DNA of 64,000 bases from Lachnospiraceae bacterium (lineage in GTDB: Bacteria > Bacillota > Clostridia > Lachnospirales > Lachnospiraceae). How positions within the stretch are numbered: position 1 is the stretch's first letter; the number at the start of each line of letters is the position of its first letter. Under the pieces are notes generated by a model that was not told where the DNA came from, did not search any database, and worked only from the letters and a program-made list of their open reading frames with translations. This document shows positions 1 through 8,462 of the stretch, in pieces. Made by a program: the position numbers and the translations under genes. The DNA lies in contig SVEN01000001.1 in the NCBI GenBank assembly GCA_015057365.1, forward strand, positions 13,382 through 77,381, written 5' to 3'.

Positions 1-247
1 CGGTATAAAAGGCCTTTTTCACATCCTCAAAACGAGCCACGTGACAGCCCACAAAATAATCCAGTGCCAAATCCTCGGTGACACGCTTAATCATATGGAA
101 AAACTCTTCCTTGTAGGTATCCTCCGCAATATAGCTGTAAAGGAACAGACCATCCGCACCGTTTAAGAAATAACGATTCACGGCTTCTGCCACATTCTCT
201 TCGAACTCACTCTCCGTATTGATATAAGCAAATAATTTCTTTCGCAT
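1..247 (-). CDS. HisF/HisA-like TIM-barrel protein, N-terminal fragment (continues past window start)
   Basis: Own translation from the ATG at 245-247 with AGGAG just upstream: MRKKLFAYINTESEFEENVAEAVNRYFLNGADGLFLYSYIAEDTYKEEFFHMIKRVTEDLALDYFVGCHVARFEDVKKAFYT. The GAD-x-LFL ... VG-x3-FED spacing resembles the HisF beta2-beta3 region, and the gene directly follows hisA. The beta1 Asp (here Asn) and the GGG motif are not canonical. Confidence 0.35.
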   Translation of the reverse strand, partial: MRKKLFAYINTESEFEENVAEAVNRYFLNGADGLFLYSYIAEDTYKEEFFHMIKRVTEDLALDYFVGCHVARFEDVKKAFYT

Positions 248-333
248 GCTTTCTCCTTTCGGTTGTCGTATCTCATACGTCACATTCTGCGACTGTTTCA
301 GACTGACATTTCTCCGTTTCTTTTTTCGGCAGC

Positions 334-1053
334 TTAGCGCTCGAAGCGTTCTACCGCTTCCGCAAGATTGATTCTCTTTTCATAAATTGCCTTGCCGATG
401 ATGGCTCCCGCACAACCGATTTCATCAAGGCGTACCAAATCCTCCATACAAGAAACGCCGCCGGAGGCAATAATCTCCATGCCAGTCTCCTTTATCATCT
501 CTTCCGTACGCTCGAAATTCGGACCGGTCAGCATACCGTCTCTTGCGATGTCGGTATAAATCACAGTCGTTGCACCAAGCTTCTTCATTTCAAGAGCAAA
601 CGCTACCGCAGAACGGTCGCTGACCGTCTCCCAGCCTTCAATGGCTACCATACCGTCCTTGGCATCGATTCCGATAACCACGCGGTCGGCACCGAACTCC
701 TCAATGGCCTCTTTAATAAACTGCGGCTCTTTTACTGCCTTCGTACCTATAATAACACGATTCAGTCCTAAATTCAACTTCGACTTGATATCCTCCATGG
801 TACGAATACCGCCACCGATTTCCGTACCGATGGAAACGTTCTTTACGATTTCGGAAATAGCTTCTGCATTTGCGGTATATCCTGCCAAAGCGCCGTCTAA
901 ATCCACGATGTGGATAAAGGACGCTCCTGCCGCCTCAAACTCCTTTGCTACGGTATAGGGCTTTTCCGCATACACATTTACATCGGAAAATACGCCCTGA
1001 CAAAGTCTGACACATTGTCCGTTTTTAATATCGATTGCCGGATATAATTTCAT
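334..1053 (-). CDS. hisA: ProFAR isomerase (HisA)
   Basis: 239-aa ORF with N-terminal MKLYPAIDIKNGQCVRL, HIVDLDGA and C-terminal GAIIGKAIY motifs typical of HisA. Lies in a his operon. Confidence 0.93.
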   Translation of the reverse strand: MKLYPAIDIKNGQCVRLCQGVFSDVNVYAEKPYTVAKEFEAAGASFIHIVDLDGALAGYTANAEAISEIVKNVSIGTEIGGGIRTMEDIKSKLNLGLNRVIIGTKAVKEPQFIKEAIEEFGADRVVIGIDAKDGMVAIEGWETVSDRSAVAFALEMKKLGATTVIYTDIARDGMLTGPNFERTEEMIKETGMEIIASGGVSCMEDLVRLDEIGCAGAIIGKAIYEKRINLAEAVERFER

Positions 1054-1156
1054 TCCTGTTTCTCCTTCTTATCGGTTGCCTGCATTGCACAGGCGCCGGT
1101 TCTGTTTTGTATTCAATCTATGTGATTTATATAGCGCTTCTTGGCCACCTTTAAGC

Positions 1157-1741
1157 TTACAACGTCCCCTTGGTAGACAAAGTCCCCGTCAACCTCGGCT
1201 CCGCCATGGTCGCCTCATCCAGCGCCTTAGCAAATGCCTTATAGGCTGCCTCAATCAAGTGATGATTGTTGCTGCCGTCCATCTGCTTGATGTGCAGATT
1301 CATACCTGCTGCGTAGGACACCGCATAGAAAAACTCTTTTACCATCTCCGTGTCATAATAACCCACACGCTCTGCGGTAAAAGTCATATCAAAATTCAAA
1401 TACGGTCTGCCGGACAAATCGATGGCACAAAGCACCAAGGTTTCATCCATAGGAAGCAGAGAGGAACCGTAACGCTTAATTCCCTCCTTATTTCCTACCG
1501 CTTCTTTGATAGCCTGACCTAACACAATACCGGTATCCTCGATGGTGTGGTGACAATCCACATACAAATCACCCTTTACGGACAAGGTCAAATCAAAGAA
1601 CCCATGTCTCGCAAAGCTGTTTAACATGTGGTCTAAGAAACCGACACCGGTGTCCACCTTAGCGATACCGGTACCATCCAAATTCAGTTCGCAAACAATC
1701 TGCGTTTCTTTTGTGTTACGCTCTACCTTTGCAGTTCTCAT
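1157..1741 (-). CDS. hisB: imidazoleglycerol-phosphate dehydratase
   Basis: 194-aa ORF with RNTKET and the metal-binding His clusters DCHHTIED and NNHHLIEA characteristic of IGPD. Confidence 0.93.
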   Translation of the reverse strand: MRTAKVERNTKETQIVCELNLDGTGIAKVDTGVGFLDHMLNSFARHGFFDLTLSVKGDLYVDCHHTIEDTGIVLGQAIKEAVGNKEGIKRYGSSLLPMDETLVLCAIDLSGRPYLNFDMTFTAERVGYYDTEMVKEFFYAVSYAAGMNLHIKQMDGSNNHHLIEAAYKAFAKALDEATMAEPRLTGTLSTKGTL

Positions 1742-1758
1742 AACCTTCTCCTTTCATC

Positions 1759-2045
1759 GTTCGCGCACGCCCATTCTTCCCGACAGGGAAGTTATTCAAA
1801 CCGGTTCATTGTTTCTCGCCGGTTGATTTTACATGGCGCAACGCTCCGTCAAACTTCCTCTAAGTGTTGCTAAGCCTCTCGGGTGTAACCTCGAGCCTAA
1901 GCACCACTAAGAGGTGATTTCGACTGCGCTAAAAACGCGGTCCTTCGGACAAATGATAAAATCAACCGGCGGAAAACATCCGAACCGTTCGATATCACCT
2001 TCAAATGTCGGGAAGAATCCGCCACACCCGAGCCGTGCGCGGAAC
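1759..2045. repeat. 287-bp imperfect palindrome (rod-like hairpin, MITE/ERIC-like) in the hisB-upstream intergenic gap
   Basis: Colinear antiparallel perfect blocks: 1762-1769 with 2034-2041 (8 bp), 1773-1785 with 2006-2018 (13 bp) and 1817-1831 with 1957-1971 (15 bp). Further imperfect blocks lead to an apical loop near 1884-1888. No ORF. Confidence 0.8.
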
Positions 2046-2065
2046 CCTTCAGTTCCTACTTAATT

Positions 2066-2380
2066 TTACTTAAAAAACCTCGTTTTAAATACCTCCAACA
2101 AGTTTCCCACAGAACATACACCCTTCGGAACTTCCCTGTTTCTCCGGTTCAACCATATGGTATCGATTCCGAGAGCAGAGGCTCCCTTTACATCACTGCT
2201 TAAGGAATCCCCGATATGTACCACCTGCTCCGGCTTCAACCCTGTAGCATTTAACGCATACTCAAAAAGCTCTTCATTGACCCCGCCGGTATCCTGTATG
2301 ATCTTTGAGATTTTATCGATGTTTTCACCATCTTCAAATACAACCGTACCGTAGAAATCAAGAAATATAGCTTTCTTCAT
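2066..2380 (-). CDS. cap-less HAD-like mini-protein (possible in-frame deletion remnant)
   Basis: 104 aa. The N-terminus FLDFYGTV is motif-I-like but has Tyr at the second Asp position. The C-terminus has HIGDSLSSDVKGA (motif IV). The cap region and motifs II/III that normally lie between them are absent. Confidence 0.5.
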   Translation of the reverse strand: MKKAIFLDFYGTVVFEDGENIDKISKIIQDTGGVNEELFEYALNATGLKPEQVVHIGDSLSSDVKGASALGIDTIWLNRRNREVPKGVCSVGNLLEVFKTRFFK

Positions 2381-2404
2381 TTGCGTTCACCTCACGAAAT
2401 GCTA

Positions 2405-3706
2405 CTACTTCACTTCTTTCCCGAATCTCACCGCGATAGAATTTGCATGTGCGGTCAAGCCCTCCGCCTTTGCAAAGTCGATAATATCCTCGTGAATCGG
2501 CTCTAAGGCTTCTCTGGAATAGGAAATAATACTGGACTTCTTGATAAAGTCGTCTACCTCAAGCGGGGAGAAGAACTTCGCGGTTCCGTTGGTCGGAAGC
2601 ACGTGGTTCGGTCCTGCGAAGTAATCACCAAGCGGTTCACTGGAATATTCACCGATAAAGATAGCACCGGCGTTCTTAATCTTTGTCATCACGGTAAAAG
2701 CGTCCTTGGTTACCAGCTCTAAATGCTCGGATGCAATTTCGTTTACCGCGTCAATGGCATCGTTCATATTATCAGCCAGTAAGATATAGCCGTAGTTCTC
2801 GAGAGACTTCTCTAAAATCGCTTTTCTGCTAAGCTGTGCCACAAAACGGTCTACTTCTGCACTAACCTTTTCTGCCACCTCTTCGCTGGTGGTAATGAGA
2901 ATAGCGGAAGCCAGCTCATCGTGCTCTGCCTGGGACAATAAATCCGCAGCCACATAGGTCGGATTAGCAGTCTCATCCGCAAGCACCAAAATCTCACTCG
3001 GACCTGCGATGGAGTCGATGCTCACGTGTCCGTATACAGCCTTCTTTGCAAGGGCAACGTAGATGTTACCCGGTCCTACAATCTTATCTACCTTCGGAAT
3101 GCTCTCGGTACCGTACGCAAGAGCTCCGATAGCCTGAGCTCCGCCCACCTTATAAATCTCGGTCACACCGGCTTCCTTAGCGGCAACTAAAGTTCCCTCG
3201 TATACCTTACCGTCAGCCCCCGGCGGGGTCACCATAGCAATACGCTCAACGCCCGCTACCTTTGCCGGCAGTACGTTCATCAATACGGAAGACGGATACG
3301 CCGCCTTACCGCCCGGTACATACACGCCTACGGACGCAATCGGAGTAATCTTCTGGCCTAAAATAGTGCCGTCTGGCTGTGCGTCAAACCAGCTGTTTCT
3401 TCTCTGCTTCTCGTGATAAGCACGAATGTTTACGATTGCCTTACGGATCACTTCTACGGTACGAGCCGGAAGCTTTTCATACGCCTCTGCAATCTCTTCC
3501 TCCGTCACCCGTACAGTCTCCTCAGTCAACACTGCCTTATCAAACTTCTCTGTATAACCGAAAACAGCCTTATCTCCGTTTTCCTGTACATCCTTTAAAA
3601 TCGCCTCCACCTTCTCCGTGTACTCCTTGTACTGGTTCGGGCTACGCTTTAACAAATCTTCTAAAATATTTTTCTTGGTTTCTTCCGTCAAACGAACTGT
3701 TCTCAT
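2405..3706 (-). CDS. hisD: histidinol dehydrogenase
   Basis: 433-aa ORF with the SQAEHD, IAGPSE and PNHVLPT motifs of HisD. Confidence 0.95.
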   Translation of the reverse strand: MRTVRLTEETKKNILEDLLKRSPNQYKEYTEKVEAILKDVQENGDKAVFGYTEKFDKAVLTEETVRVTEEEIAEAYEKLPARTVEVIRKAIVNIRAYHEKQRRNSWFDAQPDGTILGQKITPIASVGVYVPGGKAAYPSSVLMNVLPAKVAGVERIAMVTPPGADGKVYEGTLVAAKEAGVTEIYKVGGAQAIGALAYGTESIPKVDKIVGPGNIYVALAKKAVYGHVSIDSIAGPSEILVLADETANPTYVAADLLSQAEHDELASAILITTSEEVAEKVSAEVDRFVAQLSRKAILEKSLENYGYILLADNMNDAIDAVNEIASEHLELVTKDAFTVMTKIKNAGAIFIGEYSSEPLGDYFAGPNHVLPTNGTAKFFSPLEVDDFIKKSSIISYSREALEPIHEDIIDFAKAEGLTAHANSIAVRFGKEVK

Positions 3707-3716
3707 CTCTTACCTC

Positions 3717-4364
3717 CTAAACAATCGCACGAAGCTTCGTAATCAAATCTGTGATACGCTCCTGCTCCATCTTCATGCTGACGCGGTTTACCACCACTCT
3801 GGCGGACAACGGACATACATCCTCCAACACCACAAGGCCGTTCTCCTTTAAGGTAGAACCGGTCTCCACGATATCCACAATTACATCGGAAAGGCCTACA
3901 ATCGGAGCCAGCTCGATGGAACCGTTTAATTTAATGAGCTCTACGGTCTGATGCTTCTGCTTTACAAAATAATCCTTGGCAATATGCGGATACTTAGTAG
4001 CAACACGAATGATTTCACCATTGCCCAGAAGCTCTCTTGCAGACTCCGGACCGGCTACGCACATGCGACACTTACCCATACCGAGGTCAAGCACCTCATA
4101 AAGCTCTCTACCTTCCTCTAAAATTGTATCCTTTCCCACCACGCCGATATCCGCCGCGCCATACTCCACATAGGTCGGGACATCGTTGGCCTTTGCAAGG
4201 AAAAACTTCATCTTTAATTCTTCATTGGTAAAAATCAGCTTCCGGGAATCCTTATCCTTAATTTCCTCACAGGTTACTCCTACCTGCTCCAATAACTCCA
4301 GGGCCTTCTTGGCAAGTCTGCCCTTTGCCAGGGCAATTGTAATATATTCCATACTGTTCTCCAA
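3717..4364 (-). CDS. hisG: ATP phosphoribosyltransferase, short form
   Basis: 215-aa short-form HisG (no C-terminal regulatory domain) directly downstream of hisZ. Confidence 0.92.
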   Translation of the reverse strand: MENSMEYITIALAKGRLAKKALELLEQVGVTCEEIKDKDSRKLIFTNEELKMKFFLAKANDVPTYVEYGAADIGVVGKDTILEEGRELYEVLDLGMGKCRMCVAGPESARELLGNGEIIRVATKYPHIAKDYFVKQKHQTVELIKLNGSIELAPIVGLSDVIVDIVETGSTLKENGLVVLEDVCPLSARVVVNRVSMKMEQERITDLITKLRAIV

Positions 4365-4373
4365 TCCGAACGG

Positions 4374-5579
4374 TTAGTTCAAAGGCTTTACGCCGTCTGC
4401 AGTCACCTGATACACCTGTACAATCCCCCCCGTACCGATGCGTTCCTTATACTCGCTCCACGCTGTACCGGCACTCTTCTCCTCAAGCAACGCATACACA
4501 TCTTTCGCACGAAGCTCGCATACACACTTGATTGCAGCGCACTCTGCGTTTGTTTCGTAAACTACCAGCGTACGTTCCCTCTCTTCTGCGGTAATGAGTC
4601 CCTGTCTGGAAAGACCGAGAAGTAATGTATCTACATATAACGCAATACCGATGGCCGGGGCATTCTTTCCGAACTGTCCCATCAAATGGTCGTAACGGCC
4701 GCCTGCAGCTACGGACTCACCGGTCTTATAGGTCAAAGCGCGGAAATTAATACCCGTATAGTAACCGTACTTACCGAGCATACCTAAATCATAGGAAATA
4801 TACTCAGCCACACCGTAGCTTTCCAAATACTTATGTAATGTCATTAAATGATCAATGGCCTCACAAGCCTCTGCATTGTCGGTCATATTACGGATTTCGG
4901 AAAGACGCTCCACACTGCCGAACAACTCCGGAAGTTTAAGTAGCAGTTCTTTCAGTTCCGGCGTTAACTTCTTATCGGAAAGAGCCTGCTCTACGGAGAA
5001 CAAATTCTTGCTCTCAATCAGTTCTCTCACCTCTGCCGCTTCCTCTGCAGAAAAGCCCGCTTCCTTTGCAAGAGCATTAAAGAACCCCACATGACCGATT
5101 TCAATCTGAAACTCCTTAAGACCGCTTGCCTTAAGACTCTCCGCCATAAGAGCAACCATCTCCGCATCCGCTACCACGGAGCCGTCGTTAATAAGCTCTG
5201 CACCGATCTGAGTCGTCTCCTTTAACTTTCCTCTGTAGCCGCTGTTGTCCACGAAGGTATTTCCTCTATAAGACAAACGAAGCGGATTTGCCTCGTCCTT
5301 ATAATACTTTGCTACACACCGAGCAATCGGCGGTGTCATATCCGGACGAAGCACAAGCGTATTTCCTTCTCTGTCGATAAACTTATACATATCCTTGGAC
5401 GGAACGGTTCCCCGCTCCTTACGGAAAATATCAAAATACTCGAACGTCGGAGTCACCACGTCACGAAATCCGAACCGATGCAGACAATGTCGTAATTTTC
5501 CCTCCAATTGCTGTTTCTTCACGCATTCCGCATCATGCAAATCCCGGACACCTTCCGGCGTATGTAATAACTTCTCCAT
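4374..5579 (-). CDS. hisZ: ATP phosphoribosyltransferase regulatory subunit (HisRS paralog)
   Basis: 401 aa with a class-II aaRS-like core (LRPDMTPPIAR, GGRYDHL) at the head of the his operon. This pairing goes with short-form hisG. Confidence 0.88.
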   Translation of the reverse strand: MEKLLHTPEGVRDLHDAECVKKQQLEGKLRHCLHRFGFRDVVTPTFEYFDIFRKERGTVPSKDMYKFIDREGNTLVLRPDMTPPIARCVAKYYKDEANPLRLSYRGNTFVDNSGYRGKLKETTQIGAELINDGSVVADAEMVALMAESLKASGLKEFQIEIGHVGFFNALAKEAGFSAEEAAEVRELIESKNLFSVEQALSDKKLTPELKELLLKLPELFGSVERLSEIRNMTDNAEACEAIDHLMTLHKYLESYGVAEYISYDLGMLGKYGYYTGINFRALTYKTGESVAAGGRYDHLMGQFGKNAPAIGIALYVDTLLLGLSRQGLITAEERERTLVVYETNAECAAIKCVCELRAKDVYALLEEKSAGTAWSEYKERIGTGGIVQVYQVTADGVKPLN

Positions 5580-5676
5580 ACGTTCTCCTTTCTGAAGTTA
5601 TATCACATTTCCACCCATGTAAAAGCCTGCGCTTTCCTATGGTAAAGTGATAATTCGCTACCAAAATAATGTATAT

Positions 5677-5705
5677 ATTGTACGACAACCATAAAAAAAA
5701 GTCAA
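5677..5705 (-). promoter_or_regulatory. sigma-A-type promoter of the his operon
   Basis: Minus strand reads TTGACT (5705-5700), a 17-nt spacer, then TACAAT (5682-5677), about 95 nt upstream of the hisZ ATG. Confidence 0.6.
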
Positions 5706-5721
5706 TACTCTTTTTTAAAAG

Positions 5722-5750
5722 AAAAGCCGTTGCCACTGACAACGGCTTTT
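5722..5750 (-). terminator. intrinsic terminator after the Zn-ribbon/propeller gene
   Basis: 11-bp stem AAAAGCCGTTG/CAACGGCTTTT with a 7-nt loop, flanked by A/T runs on both sides. Confidence 0.8.
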
Positions 5751-5768
5751 CTCTTATTTTAACTACGA

Positions 5769-7769
5769 TTAATCTAAATAATCCTCAAGATTCTCTAATG
5801 CGTCTTCGATATAATCCTCGTAATCGATATCTTCCTCTACATAGATGGTCTTCATCTTCTTACCATCCATCTTGTACAAAGTCGTAGTATCGTCCTCGTA
5901 GATACTTACCATAGCCATTCCGCCTTCTCTCATAAGTTCGAGAGTTCCATCCACGGAACGAAGCTCCTTCTCCTTGCCGCCATTCTTGGAATAGCAAAGA
6001 TCTTCCTTATCTACCACATAGTAGCAGTACTCACCGTCCGGAGAAATGATTGCCTCAGTAACATCATCCGCAATCTTCTTACCCTTACCCTTCTTAATAT
6101 AGTAGAGCTCGGAATCACCGTTTATAATGTAAATATTCTCCAAATCACCGTCTGCATACATATAACGTGCCATCGCACCGTTGGCAAGAGTTTCCTTTTC
6201 TCCGCCCTTACTGAACTTCGTTACCTTAACGATATCCGCAAAGTTATTATAAACTAAGCTCTCGCCGTCTTCCGCAACCGCATACTGATATGCGCTGGAA
6301 GCAAGCTTCTCGGTCTCATACTTCTTAAGCATGTAGTAAATCTCATCCGTCATTCTAGCGTAGAACAATCTCTCCTTAAAGGTGTCCACACCGGTATAGA
6401 CAACGGTAATATCACCCTTTTCCGTATCAAGCTCCTGTTCGAAGCTTGCTGCGTCATCACGTAAAATCACCTTAGTCAGTTCTTCGTTAGCAACCTTCTT
6501 CTTCTCATCGCCCTTTACGGTGATATACGTCTTATCTTCATTGAAGAATAACATCTCGGAATTATCCGCATTCATCATTACTTCTACATAACGAAGATCA
6601 CTTGCAAGCTTCTCTTCCTTCTTACCCTTCATAACGTAAACACGGTCAACATCGGTATAATAAATGTACTTTGCCTTATCCGCAATCGCAAAGATACGCT
6701 TTTCCTTACCTAACTCCTCCGGCTCCTTACCGTTTACGGAATAGAAGCCCTTGAAATCATCGGTAGCGTCGTACTCTGCCACATATGCAACCGTCTTACC
6801 GTCCGGAGAAAGTACCGCACTGTCCACTACAACCTCTTCCTCGATTTCGGTAGAAGTCTTCTTCTTAATATCGTACATATTTAAGGTACCGACCTTGATG
6901 TAATCGGTATAACCGTACTGGGTATTGTTGTAAGCGACACTCTCACAGTCGGTGAAATATACCATGGTGTTACCCTTCTGGGAAACCAAAACGCCTCTTG
7001 CGTCATCGATACCGGTCTTAATTACCTTGCCGTCCTTAAGAATAACCAGCTCATCCTCTTCGTTCTCATAGCAAACAACAGAACCGTCCATGCTGTAAAC
7101 CTGGGAATTGGCTTCCTCATCGTCCAGCTTTACTTCCTTGCCGTTTAAATAAACCGCATACAAATCACCGTCACGCTCGGTAACATCAAGCACCACGTCT
7201 TCCGAGGTCTTCATATAAGAATCATCACCGGAATTCATTGCAATTGCCGGAATAAAAATACATAATAAAATCGCTACAAGCGCAAGACCGAGAACCTTCG
7301 GATTTAACTTCTTTCCTTCGGTCATGTCAGCAGTCTTCTTCTCCTTCTTCGGCTTCACTTCTTCCGCAACAGCCTCTGCAGCTTCCTTCACCTCTGCCAC
7401 AGTCTCCTTCGCTTCCTCAGCTACCGCTTCCTTTGCTTCTTCTACGGTCTCCGCAACTTCCGCAACTTCTTCAGCTACCGCTTCCTTTACCTCTTCCACG
7501 GTCTCTGCTGCTTCCGCAACCTCCTCAGCTACCGCTTCCTTTACCTCTTCTACGGTCTCTGCTGCTTCCGCAACCTCTTCAGCTACCGCTTCCTTTACCT
7601 CTTCTACAGTCTCTGCTACTGCTTCTGCTGCGGTCAATGCCGTACCGCACTCGGTACAAAACTTTACATCATCCGCATATTCTTTGCCACAATTACTGCA
7701 AATCATAGTTCCCTCCTTCTTGCCGTCCTTCCGACAGCAAAACACGTTTTCATTCGTTAATAAAAACAT
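5769..7769 (-). CDS. membrane-anchored protein: N-terminal zinc ribbon, acidic tandem-repeat linker, TM helix, TolB-like beta-propeller-type ectodomain
   Basis: 666 aa. It contains CSNCG-x12-CTECG, an 18-aa repeat AETVEEVKEAVAEEVAEA, and a TM segment LGLALVAILLCIFIPAIAM. The ectodomain has recurring SPDGK / DG-x-Y-Y motifs. Confidence 0.7.
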   Translation of the reverse strand: MFLLTNENVFCCRKDGKKEGTMICSNCGKEYADDVKFCTECGTALTAAEAVAETVEEVKEAVAEEVAEAAETVEEVKEAVAEEVAEAAETVEEVKEAVAEEVAEVAETVEEAKEAVAEEAKETVAEVKEAAEAVAEEVKPKKEKKTADMTEGKKLNPKVLGLALVAILLCIFIPAIAMNSGDDSYMKTSEDVVLDVTERDGDLYAVYLNGKEVKLDDEEANSQVYSMDGSVVCYENEEDELVILKDGKVIKTGIDDARGVLVSQKGNTMVYFTDCESVAYNNTQYGYTDYIKVGTLNMYDIKKKTSTEIEEEVVVDSAVLSPDGKTVAYVAEYDATDDFKGFYSVNGKEPEELGKEKRIFAIADKAKYIYYTDVDRVYVMKGKKEEKLASDLRYVEVMMNADNSEMLFFNEDKTYITVKGDEKKKVANEELTKVILRDDAASFEQELDTEKGDITVVYTGVDTFKERLFYARMTDEIYYMLKKYETEKLASSAYQYAVAEDGESLVYNNFADIVKVTKFSKGGEKETLANGAMARYMYADGDLENIYIINGDSELYYIKKGKGKKIADDVTEAIISPDGEYCYYVVDKEDLCYSKNGGKEKELRSVDGTLELMREGGMAMVSIYEDDTTTLYKMDGKKMKTIYVEEDIDYEDYIEDALENLEDYLD
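7386..7625. repeat. 54-bp in-frame tandem repeat inside CDS 5769-7769
   Basis: Near-identical units at 7440-7493, 7494-7547 and 7548-7601, with diverged flanking units at 7386-7439 and from 7602. They encode the acidic 18-aa repeat. Confidence 0.9.
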
Positions 7770-7843
7770 TCCACATTATATTTTACTCTATTTTACCATG
7801 TATGTCAAGAAATTATCATAGAGCAATTTTGTCTTTTATTCAG

Positions 7844-8380
7844 TTACTTTTCCCTCATATCCAAATCCCTCTGCATAGCCTCCAAATACGGCACCGGCAC
7901 ATTCTTTCCCTTCGGCAGGAAAAACTCCTGCTCCAGTTCCTCAAAACGGAAGCTCTTTCTTCCGCCGGACCGCATACGTTCGTAAAATTCCCGTAGTTTT
8001 TCAAACCGCAGGTAATAGTACTGCTCCTTTGCGGTGTAGTAAATGAGCAGAAACGCCACACCCTCCTGCCGCTCGAAAGCCTCCATAAACGCAAACTGAT
8101 GCTCATGCACGTTCTGTAGGGAAAACGTGTCCTCCGCGCATTCCTTGGCATCAAAGCACACCGGAATCCCCTGTATCGCACCGATGTAGTCTACGGTACT
8201 CTTTTTATCGAAATAGGCCAGGGTAATATGCCTGGTCTTCTGGTCGATTTCAATGGGGGTAATGGGCGTAGGCACCTTCTGGATCAGGGCCAATCCCAGT
8301 TCACGGTAACGTTCGTTGGTCAGATTGATTAATTCTTCAAAGGCCGAGCCTCGCAGGCCCCGCGAATTCCATTCTCCCAT
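7844..8380 (-). CDS. recU: Holliday junction resolvase RecU
   Basis: Similar to B. subtilis RecU: NSRGLRG...LTNERY...KVPTP...DYIG...FDAKEC...QNVHEHQ. Start placed at ATG 8380 (AGGAG 7 nt upstream) rather than the TTG at 8419. Confidence 0.88.
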   Translation of the reverse strand: MGEWNSRGLRGSAFEELINLTNERYRELGLALIQKVPTPITPIEIDQKTRHITLAYFDKKSTVDYIGAIQGIPVCFDAKECAEDTFSLQNVHEHQFAFMEAFERQEGVAFLLIYYTAKEQYYYLRFEKLREFYERMRSGGRKSFRFEELEQEFFLPKGKNVPVPYLEAMQRDLDMREK

Positions 8381-8462
8381 TTTCCTGCTCCTTTCTGTGC
8401 TTCCGTAACCGTCCGGCAAAATACTCCTCGGTTCGCTTTTGTATCCTCACAGCCGATGCCCG

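Noticed and set aside
1759-2045. Retron msr/msd, riboswitch or IS200/IS605-type end
   Set aside because: There is no reverse transcriptase, transposase or TnpB/IscB gene nearby. The element is a single rod-like palindrome rather than a multi-helix junction. I kept it as an unexplained repeat instead.
5580-5720. T-box or attenuator leader in front of hisZ
   Set aside because: The leader is only about 95 nt. It has no specifier/antiterminator architecture, no T-box consensus, no His-codon-rich leader peptide and no terminator hairpin.
7324-7821. Ser/Thr/Ala-rich ORFs (165 and 91 aa) on the plus strand
   Set aside because: They are mirror images of the acidic 54-bp repeat in the minus-strand gene, so they are an artefact of the repeat lacking stops on the opposite strand.
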